From contig NGBS01000615.1 in the NCBI GenBank assembly GCA_002245135.1, positions 46,040-66,039 of the forward strand: a stretch of DNA of 20,000 bases, written 5' to 3'. Positions within the stretch are counted from its first letter, which is position 1. The number at the start of each line of letters is the position of its first letter. Under the pieces are notes generated by a model. The model did no database searches. It saw only the letters and a list, made by a program, of their open reading frames with translations, and was not told the origin of the DNA. The translations under genes and the position numbers were made by a program. This stretch comes from Proteromonas lacertae (taxonomy: Eukaryota). Below, in pieces: positions 1 to 10,100 of this stretch.

Positions 1-1208
1 TCAGCTTCACCATTTATAACATTCACTGCGTTAAATAAGCAATTATCCTTTCCCTCTTTATAATATTCTATTAATCTAACTGAACCTTCTTTATTACCAA
101 CACTAATACATGGATATATTGATGAAGGTAAGTTATTTGCTAATTGTATTTTATCACCATTTTCTTGTTTAATCCACATTATCTTTATATTCATATCATA
201 TATCAGTTCATATATTTCTCCCTTTTCTCCTGAAATTTGAAATAATGTTGGATTTTTTTTCTCACTAATTGTAAAACCAAAGCTAATCTTTGAATTACCA
301 ACACTTATTATCTCAAAATAAAAATGATAAATTCCACTTTCCATTACTTCATATATCTTAAAATTATTTTTATTATTATTCAAATAATTAAATATTTTAT
401 GAAACACTACATATTCAATGGTGTCTTCATTACTAACATAATTATTATAAGTATATAATTCAAAAATGTTCTTTGTATAACTAACTACATTACACATTGG
501 ATCTTGTGGAATATTTCTAGCTAATTGTAATACTTCATTTTTACCATCACTATAGTCATTAATTATGTATCTTTTTATCATGTATAAAGGAAGAATCGAA
601 CAACTTATAAATCTAACTATACCATTTGTAACACGAACACATGGGTGAACTAGTGAAGAATTAATTCTACATATTGTTTGAACTGTATTATTTCCTTGTC
701 TAATTGACATTCTTTTGTTTACCATATCATATATTATTTCATACATGTCTATTCTTGCATCAATAATCGGTTTTATATCATCTACTTTTAATTCATTTTT
801 ACAATTTATTTGATTATCGTTTTCGCATAACGTAATATATGCATCATTTTCACTAAATGCTTCACTGGTTAGACAATAACCAAAACTTATACTATCTGTA
901 AAATTCTCTATTTGAAATTTGTAACAATAAATCTGATTCTCGATATTATCTTTGAAAATTAAATCTTCTGTAATAATATCATCTAATACCCAATCTCTGA
1001 ATTGTTTATTAGCATATACAATCTCACATTCTAATTGATCTGTATTGTCTTCTTCCATGATACTCATTTCATCATTAACAGTAATCGGGTTGTTTTGTTC
1101 TGTTAAATCTTTACCTACTTTATCATTAATAACACATATTGATTTACTTTGACGTGGTGTAATTTTAACGCTATCTACTGATCTTTTCGTTTTACAAGGT
1201 GTTGACAT
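1..1208 (-). CDS. 5' part of a SPRY/B30.2-like tandem-domain protein (paralog of the 7117-11368 gene), running off the window start
   Basis: Manual translation from ATG 1208 stays open for ~402 codons to the window edge (absent from the ORF track because it has no stop). Two SPRY-like repeats: IYCYKFQIE..ISFGY..YEIIYDM..VHPCVRV and IYHFYFEII..ISFGF..YELIYDMN..IYPCISVGNKEGSVRL. The second aligns closely with ORF 10356..11297 (IYHFYFEIK..ISFGY..IYPCISIGDRKGSVKL). Confidence 0.85.
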   Translation of the reverse strand, partial: MSTPCKTKRSVDSVKITPRQSKSICVINDKVGKDLTEQNNPITVNDEMSIMEEDNTDQLECEIVYANKQFRDWVLDDIITEDLIFKDNIENQIYCYKFQIENFTDSISFGYCLTSEAFSENDAYITLCENDNQINCKNELKVDDIKPIIDARIDMYEIIYDMVNKRMSIRQGNNTVQTICRINSSLVHPCVRVTNGIVRFISCSILPLYMIKRYIINDYSDGKNEVLQLARNIPQDPMCNVVSYTKNIFELYTYNNYVSNEDTIEYVVFHKIFNYLNNNKNNFKIYEVMESGIYHFYFEIISVGNSKISFGFTISEKKNPTLFQISGEKGEIYELIYDMNIKIMWIKQENGDKIQLANNLPSSIYPCISVGNKEGSVRLIEYYKEGKDNCLFNAVNVINGEA

Positions 1209-1315
1209 GATAATAATTAACTAATATTCTAATTCAATAAAATATAGTCTAATACTTCTTAACAATATATAGAAATGATGTCTAGATAGATTATAGCTGA
1301 GATATAGGTGATTAC

Positions 1316-1390
1316 AATTTGAATGAATAACCAATCAAAAAGCTCCAAGTGTAGCCAATAAAATAGCTCAAACATATAACCAATCAAAAG
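1316..1390. promoter_or_regulatory. Conserved upstream element with three CCAAT boxes
   Basis: AATTTGAATGAATAACCAATCAAA (1316-1339) is identical to 11493-11516 upstream of the paralog. CCAAT occurs at 1331, 1355 and 1380 in a 24-25 bp imperfect tandem repeat. Confidence 0.55.
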
Positions 1391-2039
1391 TCGTAATTTT
1401 ATTTTTTTGCATTTCGCTTTTCTAATGATATATTATGAGATGATGGTTATTATTTTGTAGATTGGTTTATGTTTAATCATTATAATTAGTTTCATACTAT
1501 TGAGCGATATGATGTGATTTTAATAAACCAATCTAAATTCTATATGTTTGATCTTAATTACTGTCATTCACCTTCTTATAGTTCTTCATTTCTTTATATT
1601 ATTTCTTTGTATTTATATTCTTATTGCAAATCCTATGTAAATGTTGTATATTTCCTACATTTTTATATTTAAACTATTTTCTACATCTCTATAACACCAT
1701 TAGGTTGTTCCATTCTGAAAAGGATTTGAAATCCAGTTATTTCCTCATTTATTTTATCAATATAAATAAAATTATTATCATACTTCAGTATTATTTATTA
1801 ATTTTCACCACAATATATCATTTACACATTAATTTCACAAAAATATTTAGCCGTTTCTTTCATCATTTTTCATTTTTCTATTTAAATCATCATTAAGCAT
1901 AGATAATGATATAATAACATGAATAGAATGATATATAGTATATTTTCTTTTATTATAACATTATTAGAATGATATCAGTTGTTTATAAGAAAAAATATAA
2001 GATAGAGTGATATATAAGAAAAAGAGTGAAAAAGTAAAC

Positions 2040-2157
2040 AGAATCGTTCATATCTACAATAAAGCACCGCATCCCATCAGAACTGCGAAGTTAAGATTGT
2101 ACGAGCTATGATAGTAGTACAGTGGGGGACTCTGTGCGAAGTCATAGTAACGATTCT
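2040..2157 (+). rRNA. 5S rRNA gene
   Basis: 118 nt with terminal helix AGAATCGTT/AACGATTCT, conserved GCACCGCATCCCATCAGAACTGCGAAGTTAAG (box A region) and AGTAGTACAGTGGGGGACT (box C region), TATATAA at about -29 and T-runs downstream. Confidence 0.95.
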
Positions 2158-2194
2158 TTTATTCTTTTTGATTCTTTCTTTTTTCTTTCTTTTC
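2157..2194 (+). terminator. RNA polymerase III oligo-T terminator tract
   Basis: Successive T4-T6 runs immediately after the 5S 3' end; mirrored at 4594-4631 on the minus strand. Confidence 0.8.
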
Positions 2195-2388
2195 ATTATG
2201 ATGTAGAACAGGTATAGAAACAATAAAATAACACAAACAAATAAATTCAAACTCAATCGAAAATTAATTGGTTTGATTTATTAAAGAAAAGATTAGAATC
2301 AATTCATAGAAAGATTTATCTTAATTTTACTCTCATGATTAATATTAAACCTAATTCAACACACATAATTTCTCTCAATGGTAAGTTT

Positions 2389-2748
2389 TCATTTAATCGG
2401 TTGTATTATCATCGATTTCTTTATAACCAAAAAATTGAAATTACTTTCATTTCTCAATTCTTCTATTATATTGTACAATTCATCAGTTACATTTGCTAAA
2501 TCATCTAATTGTAGTGTATAATCATATTGTTTAGATCCTAATGAAAATGGTCCAAAATAGTAATAAGCTAATTCAAACACAGCTTGTAAATAATGTGTTG
2601 AATTATCCACAATTACACCAAATCTATATTTAAATGCTTCTTCTCCTTTCCATCCCTGATAATAAAATATTTTCTCCAAATTCATACTCTGTTGATGATT
2701 AATATTAATAACCATATAATTTTGGATCACTATACTACAATAAACCAT
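2389..2748 (-). CDS. Hypothetical protein or 3' gene remnant (up to 119 aa)
   Basis: Protein-like composition (IFYYQGWKGEEAFKYRFGVIVD..YFGPFSLG..DELYNIIEELR); the TGA stop abuts the inner edge of the repeat arm. No family recognised and the start is uncertain. Confidence 0.45.
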   Translation of the reverse strand: MVYCSIVIQNYMVININHQQSMNLEKIFYYQGWKGEEAFKYRFGVIVDNSTHYLQAVFELAYYYFGPFSLGSKQYDYTLQLDDLANVTDELYNIIEELRNESNFNFLVIKKSMIIQPIK

Positions 2749-3244
2749 TAAACATTAGATTTCACTGTTTTATATCATCTTTCATTTTATATAATTCTAA
2801 TATTATCGTTCACTCACTTTTACAATTATACCAAATATTATCATATATTCTATACATATTCACATATTTCATCATCATCATCATCATCGAAATACACATC
2901 ATTTCACCAATATACTTCAGAGTAATCACAAAAATAGCATTTCTTTGTTTATTGGGTTTGAATAATCATTAGGCTTGATGAAATTTTTAGAATTTTCTGA
3001 TTTTCAATCTATTGAATAATGAAGATAAGTGTATGTAGTTTTAGATGTATATAATAATAGAATGTTGGATGAAATGATATGAGCATGTAGAGACTGTTAG
3101 AAAGAAAAGAATAGTAAGAGTGTGAGAAACCAATGAAAGAGATATAAAATGATGAATTATATGTGATATGAGATGTTTGTGTAAATGATTTATGTGAATG
3201 AATAAGTACTTAGTAATAGTGTTAAAAGGTATTGTTTATATGTA

Positions 3245-4367
3245 AATAAGATTGGTACAATAACAGGAACTCCTACAGTAACAAGAAAATTAATGACTTA
3301 CACAATAACTGGTATAGCTGCAAGAGATCAAACAACAAAGACATATACAATCCAATTGGAAGTAATTGCATCAACATGTAGTGTAGATAATGGTTATCCA
3401 GCAACGAATGTAAGTGAAAGAGGTCAAATAGCTTGTAGTGAAGGTTATATGGGTTATTCCTATAGAACATGTACAGTATCAGATTCTAAACCAGTTTGGG
3501 GAGAAGAAGATTTAACACCAAATATAAAATATAATGTATTAGAATGAATTTTACCTGGTTATCCTACTTTACCAGCTGGTATAACATTCAGTGAAGGTAA
3601 ATTCAGTGGAAGACCATCCGAATTAATGAAAGAAACATTATAAAGAAATCTTAATGGAGTTTATTACACAAATGTTTATCTTCAAATCATTTCCAATACA
3701 TGTCCAGCTAATGGTGAATGAACAGCAACTTCTTCAAAGACAATGTAGAGGTGATAATTACTTAAATCCACAATGGCAAGCTGTAGATGATACAGATTGT
3801 AGAGAATATGTAGAAGATCCTCCATTAGTAAATGGAAGAATAATCGCCAAGATAGAAATCGATTATACAACAGGTGTATCTGGTCAAGCAGTAAATCCTC
3901 AAGCATTTGTGATAATTAGAAATCTATTAATAACTCATTTAAGAAGTGCAGTTTCATTTGATGTTGATAGAACGAATGTGAGATTAGATTGGGATACAAG
4001 TAATATGGATACGACATCAAATTTAGTAAGAACAGTTGCATTTATTACAGCTCCAAAGAATTATCGAAATACAATAATCTCAATTACATCGAATATCTTA
4101 AAATCTGATGCTTTTGAAAATGATTTACATTCTTCTTCACCTAATATAGCTTATTCCTCTGTTATTGTCAGACAAACTGATATTTATGAATAACCACAAA
4201 CTAGATCAGCTGCTAGTAAGACTGGAGAAGCAATTGGTATTTCTTTTGGTGTAGTTATTGGTATTTTGATTATTATTAGTTTAGTTGGTTATGCAATAAT
4301 CAACAGAAGAGAACTTGTTGTAAAGACATCTCATCAAGAAAGATCTTCATTAAAAGCAACTGATTAA
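3245..4367 (+). pseudogene. 3' portion of a type I membrane surface protein (Ig-like/He_PIG-type repeats, Cys modules, C-terminal TM helix), interrupted
   Basis: Joins ORFs 3293..3547 and 3654..4193: GTITGTPT..TYTITG and LPAGITFSEGKFSGRP (Ig-like); CSVDNGYPAT..CSEGYMGYSYRTC and CPANGE*TAT..RQC (Cys modules); after TAA 4191-4193 the frame continues PQTRSAASKTGEAIGISFGVVIGILIIISLVGYAIINRR..KATD to TAA 4365-4367. Internal TGA 3545 and 3719, TAA 3641 and 4191, and a frameshift/deletion near 3730. Confidence 0.75.
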
Positions 4368-4371
4368 AAGT

Positions 4372-4379
4372 TGTTTGAT
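4372..4379 (+). promoter_or_regulatory. TGTTTGTT-like polyadenylation motif (TGTTTGAT)
   Basis: GAT TA|AAAGT|TGTTTGAT: the motif lies 5 nt after the TA of the terminal TAA, the spacing known for Blastocystis poly(A)-completed stop codons. One mismatch to consensus. Confidence 0.55.
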
Positions 4380-4398
4380 TATTGGACTATCTGGCTAT

Positions 4399-5130
4399 AA
4401 ATTTGCCATTTAGAGAAATTATGTGTGTTGAATTAGGTTTAATATTAATCATGAGAGCAAAATTAAGATAAATCTTTCTATGAATTGATTCTAATCTTTT
4501 CTTTAATAAATCTACACAATTTAATTTTCGATTAAGTTTGATTCTATTTGTTTGTCTTATTTCATTATTTTTATACCTGTTCTACATCATAATGAAAAGA
4601 AAGAAAAAAGAAAGAATCAAAAAGAATAAAAGAATCGTTACTATGACTTCGCACAGAGTCCCCCACTGTACTACTATCATAGCTCGTACAATCTTAACTT
4701 CGCAGTTCTGATGGGATGCGGTGCTTTATTGTAGATATGAACGATTCTGTTTACTTTTTCACTCTTTTTCTTATATATCACTCTATCTTATATTTTTTCT
4801 TATAAACAACTGATATCATTCTAATAATGTTATAATAAAAGAAAATATACTATATATCATTCTATTCATGTTATTATATCATTATCTATGCTTAATGATG
4901 ATTTAAATAGAAAAATGAAAAATGATGAAAGAAACGGCTAAATATTTTTGTGAAATTAATGTGTAAATGATATATTGTGGTGAAAATTAATAAATAATAC
5001 TGAAGTATGATAATAATTTTATTTATATTGATAAAATAAATGAGGAAATAACTGGATTTCAAATCCTTTTCAGAATGGAACAACCTAATGGTGTTATAGA
5101 GATGTAGAAAATAGTTTAAATTTAAAAATG
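4399..5130 (-). repeat. Right arm of the 5S-containing inverted repeat
   Basis: Reverse complement of 1658-2388. Confidence 0.97.
4631..4748 (-). rRNA. 5S rRNA gene (second copy, convergent with the first)
   Basis: Reverse complement of 2040-2157, apparently identical. Confidence 0.95.
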
Positions 5131-5559
5131 ATGTGATTGAGCATAATTGTGATGATTTGTATAAATTGTGAATTTGTGTAAGATGGCGTGAGTTTAAAGA
5201 AATAAAGATGTGATATTTGATTAATTTGAATCTTATTATTCCGATTATTTATATGATGATGTAAGATAAGTGAATATAGAAAAAGTGATTAACAATAGTC
5301 TTGATTTGAAAGTTTCATATATCTTAATATCTAAGAAGATGTAATAGATTATACCAAGATAAGTATACTATCTCTAGATTTGTATGTATTTAAAATAATA
5401 TATTATTTGATGAATTATTGTAATGATATTTTTATGTGAAATAGAAGTGTGATAATTTTGTATTTAAATGAAATACTCAATTGAAAGATTAATAGAAATG
5501 GTTATTGTTAATATTATAATATGTTTTTTTGTTTTATGATGATGGTTAAAAAGGAGGAG

Positions 5560-6196
5560 TGTTGTGCGCCGTTTGTCATAGTTGGCCGTTTGTCTACCAG
5601 ACACTTTTAAAACAAACTAAATGTATATTCTTACTTGTCATGATTAAAAATTGTTACTTTTATACTTACTTTGTTATATGACCTACCTCTGCAGTATACT
5701 CTTTTGTTAATATAAATAGTTTGAATATTTGAGTCGTTTGTTTTCTAGAAATTTTTGAAGCAAATTAAATGCATATTTAGCTAATATAGACTAAAATACA
5801 TTAGCTGAAATGATTAGAACAACTTAATGTTGATCATAAGACATATAAAAAGAAAAAAGAAAATATAGAATCAAGCCTCACTCAAGCCTATATTTTACAT
5901 GTCTTCTTTTATATAGAAGGATTTAATAATTATTATATTCTAATCATTTCAGCTAATGTATTTTAGTCTATATTAGCTAAATATACATTTAGTTTGCTTC
6001 AAAAATTTCTAGAAAACAAACGACTCAAATATTCAAACTATTTGTATTAAAAAAAAAGTATACTGCAGAGGTAGGTCATATAACAAAGTAAGTATAAAAG
6101 TAACAATTTTCATCAAGACAAGTAAGAATATGCATATAATTTTTTATAAAAGTGTCTGGTAAACAAACGGCCATCTATGACAAATGGCGCACAACA
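5560..6196. mobile_element. Foldback/MITE-like element with ~260 bp terminal inverted repeats
   Basis: 5560-5819 pairs with 5938-6196 (roughly 90% by eye). Ends TGTTGTGCGCC..GGCGCACAACA, with a 17-bp-period subterminal repeat GCCGTTTGTC. No target-site duplication seen. Confidence 0.85.
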
Positions 6197-6197
6197 A

Positions 6198-6839
6198 CTT
6201 ACGCTTTTACATCTCCTTCAGTTCCTGTTGTTCCTTCTCGACCTTGATGATCAATGCTTCTAATTCATCCCTGGAAAGCTTCGCAAGACTACTAGGATCA
6301 ATATTGCTAGCCTAGGTAATTTTACTTATCAGCGATTGCAGAAAAGTACGACTATGGAGTTCTCGGAGTGTTGACTTCTCGGCATCCTACATGCTCTTCA
6401 GAACGTAGAACCCCCCGTGGTTTCTACGGTCTAGCAATCTCATTTTTCCCGGACAATTGTTGAGAATTGGAACACTTTGCCTAGGTTTATTATAAGGCCA
6501 TTGTAACTTACCTCTAGGAATCTCCCAAGAATGCTTATCATTATCTTCAAGGGCCTTGAGAAATCCACAACTAGCTAGAACCTCCCGGAGTTACCATTTG
6601 GTAACTTGTTAACAATTGTAAAGTCCCGGTTCCACGATTGGTTTCAACGGTTCAATTAAAAGCCCTTACAAGGTCACTAGCGTAGCAAGGAGACTCTAGA
6701 TCGTGTTTAGATTCATCACCTCGAGGTAACCAACACTTCTAGATAGCTTCCAGGAGTCCCCGTAATAAGTAGACTCCGTAGGGAAGTAGACACCGAAGGA
6801 GGAATCCCGTCGGTCGATGCACAAAGTATCAGAGTCCCA
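6198..6839 (-). other. GC-richer coding island (possible retroelement gag/ORF1 or viral fragment) with seven in-frame TAA/TAG, cut off by the MITE
   Basis: Sharp compositional shift from the flanks. One frame runs 214 codons with no TGA or frameshift, ATG at 6716, ending in coiled-coil-like LSRDELEALIIKVEKEQQELKEM*KRK at the MITE boundary. Confidence 0.55.
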
Positions 6840-6868
6840 TTTATATACTATATAGTGCATCGACCTAC

Positions 6869-7045
6869 TGTCAAATTTGATATTTGAAAGATGATGTATA
6901 AAGCTTTAATTTTGTATTTATGGTTAGATAATATGCTTATTAACTCATGTTCAATAGGATTTCAACTAATAGTTAGTAAAAGGAAGGTAAAGGTCAAGCT
7001 AAAGATATAGGTTTTGACCTATAGGTAAACCTATATTTTTTGACA
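6869..7045 (-). mobile_element. LTR-like segment (TGTCAAA..TTTGACA) or short TA-flanked MITE
   Basis: 10-bp inverted repeat TACTGTCAAA (6866-6875) / TTTGACAGTA (7039-7048) with TG..CA ends, sitting directly upstream of the structured leader and coding island. No second LTR in the window. Confidence 0.4.
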
Positions 7046-7116
7046 GTATAAAATTAGGGTTTGAATTTAATAAAAAACAATAATTCAATTTAGTATGAAA
7101 TATTTATATCTTCTTA

Positions 7117-10100
7117 TTACTTAATGAAATATTCATATTTGAAAGATATTGTTATTATCTTTGCTTTTGCTTCTTCAAAAAGCTTATATTTATCAGTTTT
7201 ATAAGTCATAGGTTGAAAAAATGTTGGGTATTTGGATATTTTTCGATTATCTTTTAATCTTACACTAACTTCGTTATTTGGAGTTATATAAAATAATCCA
7301 TATGGAGAACTATCATTAATTGATGTTGAGGTTTTGAAAAACATTTTATATAATCATTATCATCTTATAGATAGGTATAGACTATAACCAATTTGGCTAT
7401 AGGAAATATAGTATTACCATAATATAATTCTAACTTAATCTTCAATTCATCGTCATTTGATACTTTAACTATTTCCTTTTTATCTAAACAATATATTTAT
7501 TCTTTTTTCATCATCTAAGTAATATTCTTGAATATCATTTATCAAATTCCTATAAAAAATATCACATTTCTTCATTAAAAAATGATTTAATTCTTTCATA
7601 TAATATTCCTGCTAAACTTCCTACAGGATTTTCTATTAACAATTTCATCATTCTTTCACAACTATTTTTATCAAATATCCCAAAATGTCTATCACATACC
7701 ATCTTTTTGATTTCTTCAGATATAAATATAAGACGATTGGATTTAAAAATACCATTTTCATCTTCATATGTATCATAAATCAACATATTATCATATTCAC
7801 CTTTTGACAATGGAGATTTATCTATTCCTTTTAATATTTCTTCTATCATCACCTTATTCTTTTCATTATTAATTGAAATATTTATATAATATTCACTGTT
7901 TTTATCATAATACAAGCCAATAACACCTTTATATAATGGATATTTTTCTTCATATAATTTCTTCCACTTTTCATAACTTCTCTCATAACTTACTTTTTCT
8001 GAATTTTTATTGTTAATATCAGCACTATTTGCAAATCCTTTATATCTACTATCCAGTTCAATTCCATTCAATTTTCTAACTTTAATGAATTTTATTTCTC
8101 CAACTTTATCTACTTCTTCTTTTGTAAATTGAACATCTTTTACTTTGAAAAGTTTTATACTCTTCTTTAGATGGATTAGCTAATAAGATTATCATCTTTG
8201 CATCTGCATAATCATCTTCACCTATTACAGCTTCATCAGATATCACAATTTGATATTTTTTCTCCTTATTGTAATAATCTATATTTTCGGTTTTTGAATT
8301 GCCTTTTTCAATTGCATGCAATATACTAACATCACGATAGAGATTATGAATGTATTCTCTAATGATATCAGCAAACTTTGATTTTCCCATTTTACTATGA
8401 CCAAATATCAAATAATTTCTTTGGCTAACTTTTTCAAAATCAATATCTTGAGGGAAAATAACATTCAACATCTTATAAAAACAATCTCTCACCAAATAAA
8501 CATTATTATCTTGCATATACACATTCATTGATGATAAAACTATTGTATTTATATCCTATTTTTGTTTCTCTTTTCCTTCATTTTGTTTTTGCTCTTCTTC
8601 TCCATCTTCTTCTGATTTAGCAGGTGGTAAAATACTAATAGTTGTATAACCATTTGCTTCTCTGTTTTGTATCATACAATACATAAACTCATCACTTTTC
8701 TCTTTACTATATTTCTATTTTATTATATATAAATATAAATATATTTTAATACTTTTATTGATTCTTTTATCTTTTCATTTGTTTTATCATCATACTCAAT
8801 TATTTCATTATTTAGTAACACTTTTATAAATACACCATCCATTATCAAATCAAAGAAATTATTATCATCCAAAATATAATAGACAAAATTTTTGGCTTTT
8901 GGAGGATGATAAACTGGAATATATAACTTAGAAGTCATTTTGAAATTAGGATCTTTATAGTTGAACTTAATCATACCAGTACTCAATTCATATGCTATTA
9001 TCTGTTTTAATGCCATTCTTCTCATATTTTTATCATTAGTTGATGTATAATATTTTTCAACCTTGTGATATTCTTCTTCATCTTTAGGTGGATTAAATTT
9101 ACAAACTATATACTTTTCTACTTCTTCAGAAATGATTTTTAAATAATCTTTTGGTTTTAATATTATTCTTCCAATGTCATCATCCCATGATTGTTTTAAA
9201 TTATATTTTAATATGATGTTAGATAGTTCTTTCAATTTATCTTTCTTCATATAATCATTTACAAACTGAATATAACCTGTTGTTCCTACTACACTATCTA
9301 TCTGCTGTTTATAATATTCCCAATAATCACCATTATGGTGTTCTTTATACAAATAATGGTAATATATTTGTCTAGGTATATTACCATATTTTTCACATAT
9401 TCCTTTAAATTTAGTATCTTTATTAAAATCAGTACAGTATTTAAACCATTCTTCAATTTCTGTTTGATTTAAAGAATCAAAATATAACTCTTTACGACCT
9501 TCTCTGTATTTATCATTATTTCTTTTATCAGGAGAACTGATTGATATTATGATGTTAGTTGGATTAAAATCACAATTAAATGTATCTACAATTATCAATG
9601 AATTTCTAATTTCATCTGGTTTACTTTTACTTTTATATAGAATATATTCTCCATTAATATTTTCAAATTTGTAGACTAAAGCTTTTGATGGATCTATATT
9701 TCTCTTCCCTTTAATGAAATATATGCTTTTCATCTTTTTACACGCATCCAAACGATAGTAATTAAATCCAATATCTAAATCTTCTTCATTTACTTCAGCT
9801 AAATCTTTTATTTTATTTTTATCATCTACTAATTCAACAATTCTATTTTCCATTTCTTCTTTTGTCTTTTCATACTCTTCTTCAATTCTATTAATTTCAT
9901 TTTCAATTTTTGATATTCTGCTTTTATAAAATTCTATTGAATGAATTATATCCTCTATATTATTCAATATATTTAATATTCTGTTTATTATTACATGTTT
10001 GCATATAACATCATCATTACTATTATTTTTTTTAATCCATTTATAGAAATCTTTAAGTTCTTTTTTACCAACTATTCTTTCTAATAAATCTTGCCTATGT

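Larger units (their letters stand above)
1658..2388 (+). repeat. Left arm of a ~730 bp inverted repeat containing 5S rDNA
   Basis: Reverse complement of 4399-5130; appears identical by eye over ~1670-2215, with mismatches and one indel clustered at ~2216-2280. Confidence 0.97.

Noticed and set aside
1624..1896. 90-aa ORF and its mirror at 4892..5083
   Set aside because: Low-complexity F/I/Y/H translation of the 5S upstream arm, non-ATG starts, duplicated only because of the inverted repeat.
2040..2388. 5S-derived SINE3 interpretation
   Set aside because: The 5S is full length with an intact terminator and ~380 bp of conserved upstream flank, which does not fit retroposition from a Pol III transcript.
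3273..3906. Minus-strand ORFs 3273..3470 and 3682..3906
   Set aside because: Antisense shadows of the plus-strand surface-protein gene.
6197..6865. RIP-like CpA>TpA hypermutation or a hammerhead ribozyme in the island
   Set aside because: CA/TG did not look depleted in the stretch I counted (not a full count), and no CUGANGA..GAAA core with proper stems was found.
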